Origin: Monocercomonoides exilis PA203
Lineage: Eukaryota > Protista > Preaxostyla
DNA length: 64,000 nt
Direction: 5' to 3'
NCBI GenBank assembly: GCA_001643675.2
Contig: LSRY02000005.1
Location: 124,001 to 188,000 of the forward strand
In this document: piece after piece, positions 12,370-25,800 of the stretch
How the letters are laid out: the number at the start of each line of letters is the position of its first letter
Position numbering within the stretch: position 1 is the stretch's first letter
The notes under the pieces: generated by a model
Database searches by the model: none
Told to the model about the DNA's origin: nothing
What the model saw: the letters and a program-made list of their open reading frames with translations, nothing else
Program-made: the position numbers and the translations under genes

Positions 12370-15300
12370 ATGGCGGCTCAAAAAAAGTTGCTCAGTTCTC
12401 AAGAACGCGTTATCGAATTTAATAACCGTCAGTCTTCACTTGGGTTTTGCGACAATCGTATACGAACCGCCAAGTACAGATGGTGGACTTTCCTTCCTCG
12501 GAATCTTTTTGAACAGTTGCGACGGATATCTAATTTTTATTTTCTTTGTTCAATGATTATCAATTTATTGTATGGAAATACTTTCCCTTTGCTATCAGAT
12601 GATATTTTCTCGAAATTTTTAGGCCTGGGGTTCAAATTTTGAATCCAGTCACAAGCATTTTGCCAGTGATATTTATATTAGGCGTTGGAATGTTAAAAGA
12701 TGGTTACGAAGATTTTTTGAGATATAAATCTGACAATCGAACAAATGGAAAGCCTGTTTTCGTAAAGATAGGGAATCGTTTCGAAAATTTGGAAACATAC
12801 AAGCTTCGAGTAGGAGATTTTGTGTTGCTTAGGAGGTTTGCTTAAATTCGATTAAAATGGTGCTTTTTAGTTAAGATATATCCGAACAATTACTTTTTAT
12901 AAGAGGGGAGCAAATTCCAGCGGATATGATTCTTTTGTCATCAAGTCAGGAAAATGGCATGTGTTATGTAAATACGATGAATTTAGATGGGGAAACAAAT
13001 CTTAAGATTAAGAGAGCTCATCCAGATATTTACAATTCACTTCGATCCCTCAAACGTTTCCGTTTTCCAAAGCGCGAAATTGAAAAGAAGAGCGGAAATC
13101 GCACTTTAAAAAAAGAGGATAACTTGAACAACGCAAATAATGCTGCAAAAAAGGATTCACAATATCTTTGCCTTCTTGCATCACAACTTAACGAGTGGAA
13201 AGGTCGAATCGTCTGCCAAGCTCCCGACAGGCATTTGCACCAATTTGCGGGAAGAATTGAATTTTCGAATGCTCTTTGCACATCTTCATCTCAAAATGCA
13301 AGCTCTCAAACAAATTCTTCCTCATCTGTAGCTGATGCTTCAGATTCAGTTCCTCAGAATGAAGCAACTAATCCATCTTCAGTTGTGCCTATTTCACTTA
13401 CGCAACTTTTACTGAAAGGATGTTCAGTAAAGAATACGCGTGCTGTTCTGGGAGTTGTTGTCTACACAGGAAAAGAAAGTAAGGTCTGAAATATGCCCCT
13501 TTTGAATGAATCGCAATATTTTGTATTTTTATTTAGTGAGTGATAATCTTAAATTTTGTGTGGCGTACACTTTCCTTTTTCATTATATATATTTTTATGA
13601 ATATTCGAATATTTCGCGAAATCTTGCAGTTTTTAATGAAAATTAAAAAATATTTTTTTTTTTTGTTCTTTTTCTCGTTCTTATATTTTCAAAGATACAA
13701 CTGAATTCTTCTGCACCAAAACCGAAGTTTTCTTCGTTTGATCGCCGTCTGAATATTTCTGTATTTGCGATGCTGATGATCACCATCTGCATTATCCTTT
13801 TCAGTGCGGTTGGATACAGAATCTCGAATGTGTGCTGAAATAAACAAACGAAAAACGATTTTGCTAATTATTTAATGATTTTAATGTCAGAGTTTTGAGC
13901 TTAATAATTGATTTTTCTTTCATTCTTTTATTGAATTTGATTTATTTGTTTCAAAATTTTGAATTTCAATTATTCTTATTAATCTTTTATCGAATATTTA
14001 TGCTTTTTGTAATTTATGATATTTTATATGACTTTCAGAATAAGAATGTGCTAAAACATCCTTATCTGTTTCTTAAGGAGCAGACTATTCCGCAGTTTTT
14101 CTATAACATTTTGGGATATTTTGTGATGTTTTCTTATTTGATTCCTATTTCTTTGTTTGTTTCTTTGGAGATATCTCGCTTTATCCAGGTGTGATTCATC
14201 TTTAAACTTCATTCATTTACATATGTATTTTTAATCTAATTTTTAATTGGGAAATGAAATTCGTTTTGCTATTGAAACCTGCTAATGATTGCAATTCAAT
14301 GCTCTTGACATGTGATGTTATTTCAATGAAAAGAGCATCTTTCTTGAGTTGGATGAGAAAATGTTCGACTTCTCGAAAGGGGAAGAAGGCAGAATGCAAG
14401 CAAGAACCTCAACTCTCAACGAAGAACTGGGATTGGTGTGAATTGACCTTATGTTGCTGTTGACTCATTTTATGTAATAAATAATTATTGATGCAATCAT
14501 CTAATTATTCAATGTTATCATTATTTTTCCATCTGAAACATTTTCTTTTGCTTTTTTCCCAGATAACTCACATTCTCTCTGATAAAACAGGTACGCTCAC
14601 CTCAAACAGAATGAGGTTTCGCTCGTGTTGTGTTGGGAAGGACATATTCGACCTGAAAGAGAAAGGCACAAAAGCAAGCACTCCAAACTGCGGAAGCAGC
14701 AGCTCTTCGACGTCGATGTCGTCGCAGGCGACATCCATCCTCAAAGAGCGCTCACACGAAGGAGAAAACAGGAATGCTGATGGGACAGCGCCTGTCAAAC
14801 ACACTCATCATCCACTCCAATCACTTTCATCCACTTATTCACATGTGATTCACACAGGCAATCAGCAAAGAGCTGAATCTCACACTTCATCAACACAGTT
14901 AGACGATCAACATTCATCATCTTCTTCTGCATCATCTTCTTCTTATTCGGAAGCATCAACAGCTCCAGTGAATGCAGAAAACACATCACTTTTCTCTTCG
15001 CTCATTCCATCCACTCCACACTTCAATGCCTTTCACTTCATAACTTGTCTTCTTCTCTGCCACGATGCTGTTCTCGAGAAGAAGCCAAGAAAGCCAAAAA
15101 CAACAAAAATCTCATTTCTTAATGACGAGGGTGAGGCCAACGCTGCTTCGGGCTCGGCTGACAAGCATATCGAAGATGGATTTGTTGGATTTTTGGATGT
15201 GGATTTTGAACACGAGAAGAAAAATGCGATGAATGAGAAGGAACAGATGTCAGCAAGTGAACAGGAAACGAATGAAGGAGATGGACACGACGAAGATGAC

Positions 15301-18300
15301 GATGACGACTATGATGATATGGCTGCAGAAGAAGAAGCCGAAAGAGCAAAACACAAACAGAAAAAGGGCTTAACAGCAATGCTAAACACATTTCTGGCAA
15401 CACCTGGAAAGGGCAAGAAAGCAAAAGAGGCGAAAAGCACTTCAAATTTTTCTTCTTCCAAAAAGAACACTAGAATTAGCCACACAGACTCAATAAATTC
15501 GAAAAACGATGATTTTTCGTGTGTTCAGCCAACAGGCCTTGATGCGAGCACGCCTTATTCTTATAGCGACGAGAAGAGTCAGCGTGATTGCGCTGTAAAT
15601 GAAGGAGATGAAGAAGCAGAAGAAGATGACAGACTCTCACAAGGAGAGGGTGTTTCTCCGTCTGCACTCCCTTCATCGCCCAATCCTCCCATCCCTTTCT
15701 TCCCAAATATCGATTCCCCAACAACCGATCTGGTTTCTCTCACAACTTCGCCTGCACCTTCGCCCGTTCTATCTTCACCACAGACATCTCCCGCCAATCT
15801 GAACATATCGTTTCATCCGCTTTTCTCTTCTATGCCGCTACAAACTTCTTCAGACAACGACTCCATTTCTGTTTCTTCTGAGCATTCCATTGCAATGCAT
15901 TCAACAGGCAATTCTGTTTCTCTGTCTCCCTTTTATCGCACTTCCACCTCCCTCCATTCGCCTTCTGACTCGCAATTAGCTGTCAACAAGGATGCTCAAA
16001 TAGGCACTCCCTCAGCTTCCTCTTATCTTTCTCTGAATCCTCCCCTGATGATTCCGAAGAAGCACAGAAGAAACCCTTCCGATTTCTCATCCACTTCAAT
16101 TGCCTTCCCTTCCACTGTGTTCACTCCCATGGCATATCAGTCAACTTCACCAGACGAAATCGCTCTTTTGAATGCTCTTTCTTCAGTCGGCTTATCGTTC
16201 ATGGCGCGCTCTTTAACTGAGCTGTCTGCCACTATCATTGGAGACCCCTTGCAGAGTATATTCTCATCTGGGCAGCGCACTTTTTCTGCTTCTTCACTTG
16301 CTCCTCAGCCGACGCCTTCTCCTTCTTCTCTTTCGCCCTCGACATTCCACTGGAAAATTGTTGGCTGCCTTCCTTTTTCTTCTGAAAGACGCCGAATGTC
16401 AATTGTGGTGAGGGACAACAAAGGAAGCACAATGCTTTATGTGAAAGGCGCAGACTCGACGGTTCTCAACCTCTGCGGCATCGATGAAGATGGCAAAAGG
16501 AAAGAAACAAGCAACAACAATGGGTCTGCACTTGATGGAGCAGGAAACAATACAACTTCTGAGAATGCCAAACCAAACTGGAGAGAAAGAAGCGAAGAAG
16601 AGCGAACAGCAGAGCTGAAGCGATGGGCAGCGAAACGCTGGAAGATTGAGCGAGATGTGTTTGCCAAAGACAATGGACTGAACCCCAAATCGATCGATAT
16701 GACTGGATTTGAGGAAGCTGTGGGGAGAAACAATTCTTCTTCAAATACAACAATGAACTCCTCGTCTGAAGGAGAAAAAGACGAGGAAGAAAAGCCAAGC
16801 GAATTTGATTCGTTTGAATGGATAAAAGTAGCTGATGACTTTTTACAGAGTTACATTTCTTTGAAATTAAAGTCGAATCCAATTTTGGCAGCGTCTGTTC
16901 AGAGTCGCAAAGAAGGGGAAACAGCAGAGAATCCATCATCTTTTCCTTTGGATTCCAATCAATCAAATAAAAATCAATGTTATGACGATGCCCCAGACAG
17001 CTCATCTGTTCTCTCTCGTGCAACTGCACCTCTTGCTCCGACACTCTCCCCCAGCCTTTCCTCGCTCTTCCCTTCTTTCCCCACTTTTTACTCTTATCTC
17101 GCTTCTCTGCTGCATCATCAGCACATTTCTGACCAGGCAATCATTAACTCTCTCACTGAATATGCGAGATCAGGATTTAGAACACTTCTTGTTGCATGCC
17201 GTTACATTTCTCCGGATGAGGCTGCTTCGTGGGAAACAGAGCTGACAGAGGCAGAAGGAGCAATCATGAGCAGAGAGGAAAGAATTGAGCAGTGCTTTAA
17301 CAAACTTGAAAGCATGGCCCCGCTGAATCTTGTGGGTGCTACTGCTGTGGAAGACGAGCTACAAGATGAGTGCCCTGAAACAATTGATTTTCTAACAAAG
17401 GTTTGCTTTTTTTTCTGAAAAATAGAATGTTCTTTTTCCATTAAACCGATTATTATTCTTCATTTCTATAAACTTTCTTTTATTTTTAGTGTGGAATTCG
17501 CTTCTGGGTGTTAACAGGGGACAAAGTGGACACCGCTGTCAATGTGGGGTTATCTTGCCGTCTAATTCATGCAGATGTCCAGCCATTGTTTTTGACGCGA
17601 AATGAACTTGCACACATTACTGAAGTGAATGATGGACAGGCACGAAGCGAAAATGCTCTGATAGCTCTTCCGACTGTGCTCACGTTGAATGCTAGCTCTT
17701 TCCAGTCATTGACAAACGCTTCCCGATCATCAAAACAGAAGCACAAAAAAACTTACAAACCTTTCTCTCCTCGAACAATTGAGGATCACATGCAGAAAAA
17801 GCAGCTTGATTCGCCTCTGGTTGCAAAGAGCCCGTCACAAATGAACGATGAAAAGGCTTCTGTAGCATTCTCTTTCTTAAGTGCTCCAGATCCAATATCA
17901 ACAGAAGGGGCAACTTTGGCAGAGAGACAGGCAGCCGAAGAAGCGCGCATGCAAAAACAGAAGGTAATGCAACTGCTGATCGAATTGGCAACAAAAGTTG
18001 ACATTCCGCAGGCTGAGATCAACAAGGCAATCAACGTGAAGCCCGAGAAAAAGCCGTTCTCTCGAACAAACAATACTGACGATGATCAGCCAAGTGACGA
18101 AGACAATGACCCGATTGCATATGAGGCATCTACAATTAAAGGATCAGCCGATCACCGCCCTTCGTTGATTGTTGATGGGCACTGCATCAACCTGATTTTG
18201 TCGTCGAAGCGACTCATGCGCCTCTTTCTGCTTCTGTCGACTCGCTCGTCCAGCGTCATCTGCTGCAGAATATCACCATTACAGAAGGCACTTGTGCTTC

Positions 18301-19407
18301 GGCTGGTGAAGATGCACTTGAAATCCACCACACTTGCTGTTGGAGACGGAGCCAACGATGTGTCGATGATTCAGGAGGCGCATGTTGGTGTGGGGATTGT
18401 TGGCTTAGAAGGGACACAGGCTTCTCAAGTGAGCGATTTCTCGATCGGCCAGTTCAAAACACTGAAGCGGCTGCTTTGTCTTCATGGGCACTTCAACATG
18501 GTTAGGCTGTCGTCTCTTATCAAATACTCATTCTACAAAAACGTTGTTTTTGTGACTCCAGTTGTATGCTTCCTGTGTAATTCCCTGTTTTCTCAACAAC
18601 TCGTCTATGAAGATTGGTTTGCCACTGCTTACAACGTCATCATTACCAGCTTCCCAATATTGGTCGTAGCAATAATGGGCAAAGATGCAACAGATGATAT
18701 TCTTTTGACTCATCCGGAGATTTATCGGACTTTCAGCAAAGGCAGAGCACTCAGCTTAGTCGGTGTTGCGAAATGGGTTGTTTTTGGTATTTTTCATGGA
18801 CTTAGTATGCATTTTTATTTATCTTTATTGGCTTATAAGATTTAACAATTAACTAATATTTACAAATTACTAGTCTGTTATTTTGTTCCATATTTTGTGT
18901 TTAAGTTCGGACAATTTACACCACTTCCATATGTGGAAGGATTCGATGTGTTTGGGAACCTCTCTTCGGCTATCTGCGTCTTTCTTGTGACATTCACTAT
19001 ATGCTGGATGGTTGAGTATGCACTTCTTTATTATTTCTGAATGTGCAATTTGTATAATGAAATATTTGCTAATTATATTTATGTATATTTTATTAATAAA
19101 CAGATATGTCAACCTTGTTTTTGTAATTATGGTAACTGCTTCTGTATTAGTCTACTATGCTTTCATGTCCTTAGTTTCTGGAGTGTTCTCCTTGTCTCCT
19201 TTATTTTACAACACCTTTTTCCGTTCTCAAGCATCGCCTGTATTTCACATGGCAATATTCCTTGCTTTTTCAATTGGGGTTATTCCACTTTTGTTTGGAA
19301 GATGGGTGAAAAAGCAAACACAAAAAGGATTTGCCATGTGGAAGTATCTTCCAGAGGGTCTCAAATGGCATCACACCCTCCCATCCCTGAAAAGCAAACA
19401 GAAGTGA
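12370..19407 (+). CDS. P4-type ATPase (phospholipid flippase), 10 exons
   Basis: Motifs: N-terminal [29 protein letters not shown]4 [12 protein letters not shown] (P4 PISL), EELG, phosphorylation site [62 protein letters not shown]. Inferred exons: 12370-12569, 12623-12835, 12904-13483, 13695-13829, 14039-14188, 14334-14435, 14563-17400, 17490-18804, 18874-19015, 19104-19407. All introns are GT-AG and in phase. Confidence 0.95.
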
Positions 19408-19805
19408 TTGATTTATGTTTTTTTTTACAAAATGCTTTTTATTTTCGCTACAAAATAGTTGATGGATTTCGATAGTAGGATTTCCAATTTAACTATGGAA
19501 AGAGCGTGTTCACTTATGTATAAATTGGGTTTGTGCCTTTTTTACAATGTAATTTTTCCTTTTATTTTTTGAGAATATCATGTTCATTAGACTGTTTTCT
19601 TTAAGTGTATTATGACTTGAGTGGGATTTTTTTTAAATGAGATATTTTTTTTTTTATTTGTACAGTCATTTGTTTGAGTATATCACCAGAACATCAAAAA
19701 GACCAATACGAGCATCCAATAAATAAATTAATAAAATCTGTAAAGTATTTTTCAAAATAAAAAAGAAATGAAATAAAAATTAAAAAATTAGTGAAATGCT
19801 AAAAG

Positions 19806-22800
19806 TTACTCGTAAAGATCTTCTTGTTCAATTTCTGTAGAAGGATAAGCATCTTCTTCTTCGTCTTCCTCCATCTTTCCAGAAGCTTTTGAAGTGCCTT
19901 TTGATGCTGGTGCAGATGAGCTGGATGAAACAGGTGTATCTGATGGCTTGAATATGGAAGTGGCAACATCGTCTGAGAACTTCAAAAAGTGAGTCGGACG
20001 ATGCTCTTCGTGATAGAAAGGCTTTGGAACACCAAGCTGAACTTCATAGTGCATGTCAACACGATGTTGGATGCCTCTAAAGTTGTAGTTCCAGCTTCCT
20101 TCCTCTGGCACAAAGAACGAGCCAAGGAACTTCTTTGACAAGATAATTTGAACACGCTGGTACATCGCAGTCGTCCACCCTTTCACAACAGGATTCTTTG
20201 GCTCTGTGTTATGTTTGCCAAATTCAAACCCTGCTTTGGTCAATCTGTAGGCAGACAATGTGCAAGAACCAGAAGTAAATGAAATAGTCATAACAACGCA
20301 TCTGTCTCCATCCCATGATTTGTTCTGAGATAAGAAGTTTGCTTGTACAGTTCCATCAATTGGTGATAGTCCCATCAGCTCAGATGGTTGTGTGTGGATC
20401 CATCCAAGTGGTTCCATCGACTTCAACAGAGGATGGTCAGGCAATTCTGATGCAAAGATCACTTCTTCGTGTGTTCCAAGTTGAGGAGGCAAAACAATAG
20501 CGTGTATTTCTTTCACTGTTGGATCGTTTGAAGGAGAAACACCATACAGCAGTCCTCCAATTTGAGTCCTTAAGTCAGCAATGTACACCATCTTCTTCAG
20601 CAAATTCGTTGGCATTGCATAAGTCAAAGGTCTGTCACCTGATCCCATTGATTCTCCTTCCATTCCTCCTTCTGCGTCCAATCCAGAAGGAGGTGCAATA
20701 TCTTCCTGTGGGCTTGCCACAAACATTCTGTTCGCTCTCAGATAAAGATTAGCTGACGACAATGCTCGCACACGCCAATCTGTGCGAGAAACATGCACTT
20801 CTTGTTCGTATGGCGAGGTGGTTGTGATGACCATTTGATCTCCATGAACATTGTGTGTCTTTGTGGTGACTGCTGTCAGCTGAGACTGTTCTCTTGCTTG
20901 CTTTTCCAGCTCTGCCACTTCTTGTCTCTGTTGCGATGGAGGAGCAATTTCCATACCCAAAATGATATCTCTAATTTCAGATGTTGTCAGGGACTGTACA
21001 TTCACATTATTCTTTCGCCCATAATCGGCAAGAATCAGATCTTTCATTTGATTTTCTACATCCAGCCACTGATCATCGGTTAATGTTGGCCACAAATGAT
21101 GTGGTTGTGTCACAATCTCCTTTGTTGGTCGAAGGATCATCTTTGCTCTTTCTGGATTGATTCTAATTGCTCTCAGAAGAAGAATCAATCTTGAGAAGCA
21201 GATTGGAGACGATTGTTTTGTAAGCCAGTCATCGTAAAGACGATACATGCACATTTTTGGCTCGGTCGCCTTCAAAATTTCATCTCCTATTTTTTCCATT
21301 TGAAGGCATGCTTGGAATGGAAGTTGAAGTTCAGATCCTTTGATGACAGTATTCGGGAAATCAGTCAAATATGTGGCAAGAGGATCAAGCATAGCCTTTC
21401 TAGTGGCAATAATCTGTTTTGGCTGTTCTTCAATTGGAAGAGATCGAATCAACGCAGAAACTTCTTCTGCTGTCTTCCATTTTGCAAGCTGTCCAAGACG
21501 CTTCTGCCCTGCCCAAGTAGATGTGTGAATAATCTTCAAGAACAATTGTCCTGTTCGTGGATTGAAAATGAAGATTGCTCCGTTAATTGGTTTTGTTGTC
21601 AAGTTTCCTTCGAATGTCTTGTGGATGGTCACACGATAAACATTCGTATCATCAACAAACCAAATAATCTGATTTGAAAACAGCTCTCCGTAGTTTTGTG
21701 ATGAAAGGTCTGGTTCTGTTGGCTCTGATGAATACAGCTGAAGTCCTTTACGAATACGTTCGCGAAGGATGTACAAGGCAGGATTAACTTTCATAATCTT
21801 TGCCATAGCTTGAGTCATCAGAGGCTTCATCCCAGGAATCCACACTCCAAATGCTGAATGCAGATTGTATGCCAAGTCAATAGCAACAAGAGCACCAGTA
21901 GACGATGGATAGATTGACATGTTATCTGTCGTGTAATCCAAAAATCGTGCACGTGCATAACGCTCAATATCATGAGAATCATAATCTCCCCAACGCAATT
22001 GAACATCTAACCAGTATTTTGTTGTGAAAGGCGTCTCGAATGAGTCATGCTCTCCAGACTCCCACATTCCAGATGGACGACTTGTACCCCACCGATGAGA
22101 AGCGAAGCAAAGGATATCAGCACAACTAGAGTTCATTTTGTATGATTTACGTGGATGAATAACTTCTTTCTGCACTGTTTCGATGCTAAGTGTATCCAAC
22201 TTTTGATCCAACACTTGTAATATATCCATCACAATTGACTCGTGAATCTTCTGCCAAAGATGTGCCCTGAAAATTTGAATCAGTGAAATCTTCAATGTTG
22301 GGATTTTTCCATGCATAAATATACCAGTCAAATCAAGCTGAACCTGGAAACCAACATAGACGTTTGCTCTGTTAATTGTTGGAGACCACCACAAAGTGAA
22401 TCTTCTGTTTGGAATTTGGTTCAGACCACTTCTTTGAGCTAAAGTCAGCTTTTTATATTTCATAGATTCTTCAAATCCAGATGCTTTCTCCCAGAACAAA
22501 CCTTCCCATGTTGGGAAATATGTTCCTTTGAACAGAGTGTGTTCCAAAATACCTTCCACTCTTCCCAAGGCTTGGATCATATCAGTTCTGTAATTTGAAA
22601 GATTCCATAGCTTTCCATCGTGTCTCTGATTTGTCCACCAAAAGTTGTTCACTTTAACTGATTGGTATTGCTTGAAATCAGCACGGATACGCCATCCTTT
22701 GTCATAAGCCATTGTCTGCCTATCTTTCGAGAACAGCGTATTGATACGAGGAATACCCCGATCCCATGAATCTTCCAGATCTTCCAGTGTCAGCTTCTTG

Positions 22801-25800
22801 TTTTGCGAAAGTGCTTCTTGTCTCTTCAGTGCATACTCAGCCCAAACACGTTGTGAATCCAAAATTTCAGATTCCCATGGCTGTACATATCGATACAAAT
22901 TTGGAATCACTTGATTCTCTTCGTGAGACAGACCCGCTCTGAAATGAGTAATGCCAATGTCTGTTTGCTTGGAGTACTTCAGATCTGACTGAGGAATCAA
23001 AATGTGTCCCATTGAAAGCATACCCAGCCCACCAAGTTCCTTTGGTGTATAGAACACGACAGGTGGGAAACGAGAAGGCATCTTGCTGTTCAGCCCAATT
23101 TTGATTCTTGTTTGCATCTTGTTCTCAGATTTCACTAGCAAATCAAGCATTTCTTGAGTCTGCACAACAGCTTCTCTATAATAAGTGATGAGTGCGATAA
23201 GAGCAGTATTCCATTTGTTGATGATTTTTGTGAATGTTCCTGCACCAGATGTCATCAAAATTTGCCTCACACGATTTTGGAATCCTTTCATTCCGCTTTC
23301 GTCAACACGCAAATAAGCCAAAGCTGTTCTTTCTTTGGACGATTCATTCTGAAGTGCCCAGACACCATCCTTGTGAGCATAGTCCAGATCACCCATTCTG
23401 CATTTCGGAAGGATACGAACATCGAAGTTGCACATTGAGAAGAGAAGGTTCGGATTGTCCTTCGAATACACAGACACAAATGAGTCATCCCAATTGATTG
23501 TAGTGATAGATCTGGGAAGTCTGTTTTTAAGCATCCAGAACACAGCTCTCCCAAGATTGACATCGTGCTTCATCAGCCTCATTCGGGCATCGATTGGCCA
23601 GCATTTTTTGTTTTTATAGCCAACAATATTCTCATTGTTGGGATCTGGATTCTCAGTCAGGTATTTGTGAATAAGCATTCTTCCTTCTTCTTCGGTGAAG
23701 CGAAGAACCATGTGGAATTTATCAATGTATCTGCAGTATAAACGAATTGGCGAGGCTAATTCAGTGGCCCTGTCTTTGAATGTGAGGAATTCATTTGGAT
23801 ATGCACGTTCTCCAGCAATATCAGATGCACGATTCAACCCCAAAAGAAGCAAATCCAGTGCAAGGCCATAATATTGCACAATAAACGCTGCAAATTGAAG
23901 CCCTCTGATAATTCCAAATGAGTTGACATGAGACATATCTTTGTAGCTGATAGTCACATTGTTTTTGCTTGTCATGTAGTCAGCCAAGTTTTCATCCATA
24001 ATCAGTTTCAGAAGAGATCGAAGCAGTGTCAACTCGACTGTCTCGTGCATTCTGTCGAATTGTGTTTCAACCACAACAACACACTGCCCTTCACTGACAT
24101 CCCACACGTCTGTCAGATTGTTAATGCCCTGACACCATTTGTACACAAGCACTGGAGGAGGCTCAGAATCTGCAGGTTTGATCCAGTTCGGGAACAAGTG
24201 CCTCTTATCAGCTTCATACCAGAGATATTGATCCAAATAGGCATCTGTTATCTTCTCAAGAGGATTCACATCATAACTTGGAACAAGATGAGTGTAAAGA
24301 TCGTTGAATTCGATTGACACTTCTTTGAATGTTGATCTTTGCGTCAAAAGATGCTTCTTGATTCTGGCAAGTGCATCGTGAGGGTTGTCATACGCCTGTT
24401 CAATCAAAGCCAACTCATCTCTTTGCGACTGATTCAATCTGTTCTTCACTGAATACACTTCCTTTAATCTTTCCAAGGCGAGAATCAAAAGTTTTGTGTC
24501 GTGTTTGTAGTTAAGAGGAGGGAATGGAATGGGAGAGAAATGGCGAGAGGCCAGCCAGCTAAGCATTGTACGGTAAATTGAAACAGCTTCTTCTGCAGAT
24601 AAAGCAGCACCTTCTTTCAAATGCAGATGTTGTCTTTCCTGCTCTTCCTTCAGCCAAAGTCTGGTCAACCTTCCGAGATTTTTACGGCAAACAGTCTTAT
24701 CAACCGTTGCTCCTCGCTGAATACGCTCTCTGTTGTAGTGTGCAACATTCGTCCACCAATCGGCCTTCAGCTTCACATACTTGGCAATCAGATTCTCAAT
24801 TGGTGCTGGAAGTCCAGGCACTTTCCACGGAACATTCGCCTTCCAGCAACGCCACGCTTCTGACAGATGCTGGAGAATGGTTCGTGCCTTTGTGTCTTTC
24901 ATTCCTTCAGGCATCAAGTCCACAATGTCGTGCATCACAGCTGCTCTCAGCTCAAGATCAAAGTGAGACTCAACACGCTGCTTTGTCACTGTTTTTGCGG
25001 TTCCCTTTGCATGCCTTCCTTCAAACTGACGAGCAAGCAGATTTCCCAGCCACCGCTCAAGAAGAGGAATAATACCTCTCAAAAAGAACAGCCACACTCT
25101 CCACATAGGTGCCCAGAAGCCGCAGCCAGGTCCCTTTCCGACAGCACCTGTGTTGAATCTGTGGTAGATGACGTGTTTCAGATCTTTGCACGCACGGATC
25201 TGCTTCATCAGCTTGTACTTGTATCTGTACATACCAGTCAGCTGCCCAATGTGAGAGAAAGTGTACTGCAGGCCATCAGCCAGACGGAAGGCATCCACAT
25301 CGCCCAGACGATACTTGGCATGTGCATCGACAACAAGCTTCATCAACTTCAGAATTTCTCGGCAAAGATGGAATGCATTTCCAAATCGAGACTTCTTTCT
25401 CTCTTTTGTGGTCAGTGTTTTGATGGGTTTCAGATTGAAGTTGAAATCCAGATGAAGATAATTCAGCCCCTTTCTGTGGATCAGCAGGTTCAACATGTTG
25501 TATCCCTGTCTGCACAGCTGCAAACCAGCCTCAAGCCAGTCGGTCTCTGTTTGTTGGAAGAATTTCGTTTGCTTCAATCCGCGCAGCAGCGACCGCTTCA
25601 GTTGTGGTTTCGGATCCTTTTTGTGGAGCTCATTCAGCACGTAGTTCTTCAGAAGCTTTTGATAAGAAACGCGAATCTTCACTGGCTGTCCTGGTGGACA
25701 GTGCTCCAAATACCAGTTTTTGATAAGCGGGACGTCTTGTGCACGGCGTGTGTGCCCGCTCCGCTGGTTGAATGGATGAGGTGCCCAATAAAGTTGAATC

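Noticed and set aside
22460-22510. Possible Prp8 intein
   Set aside because: The known fungal insertion site [11 protein letters not shown] is uninterrupted, and no intein motifs are seen elsewhere.
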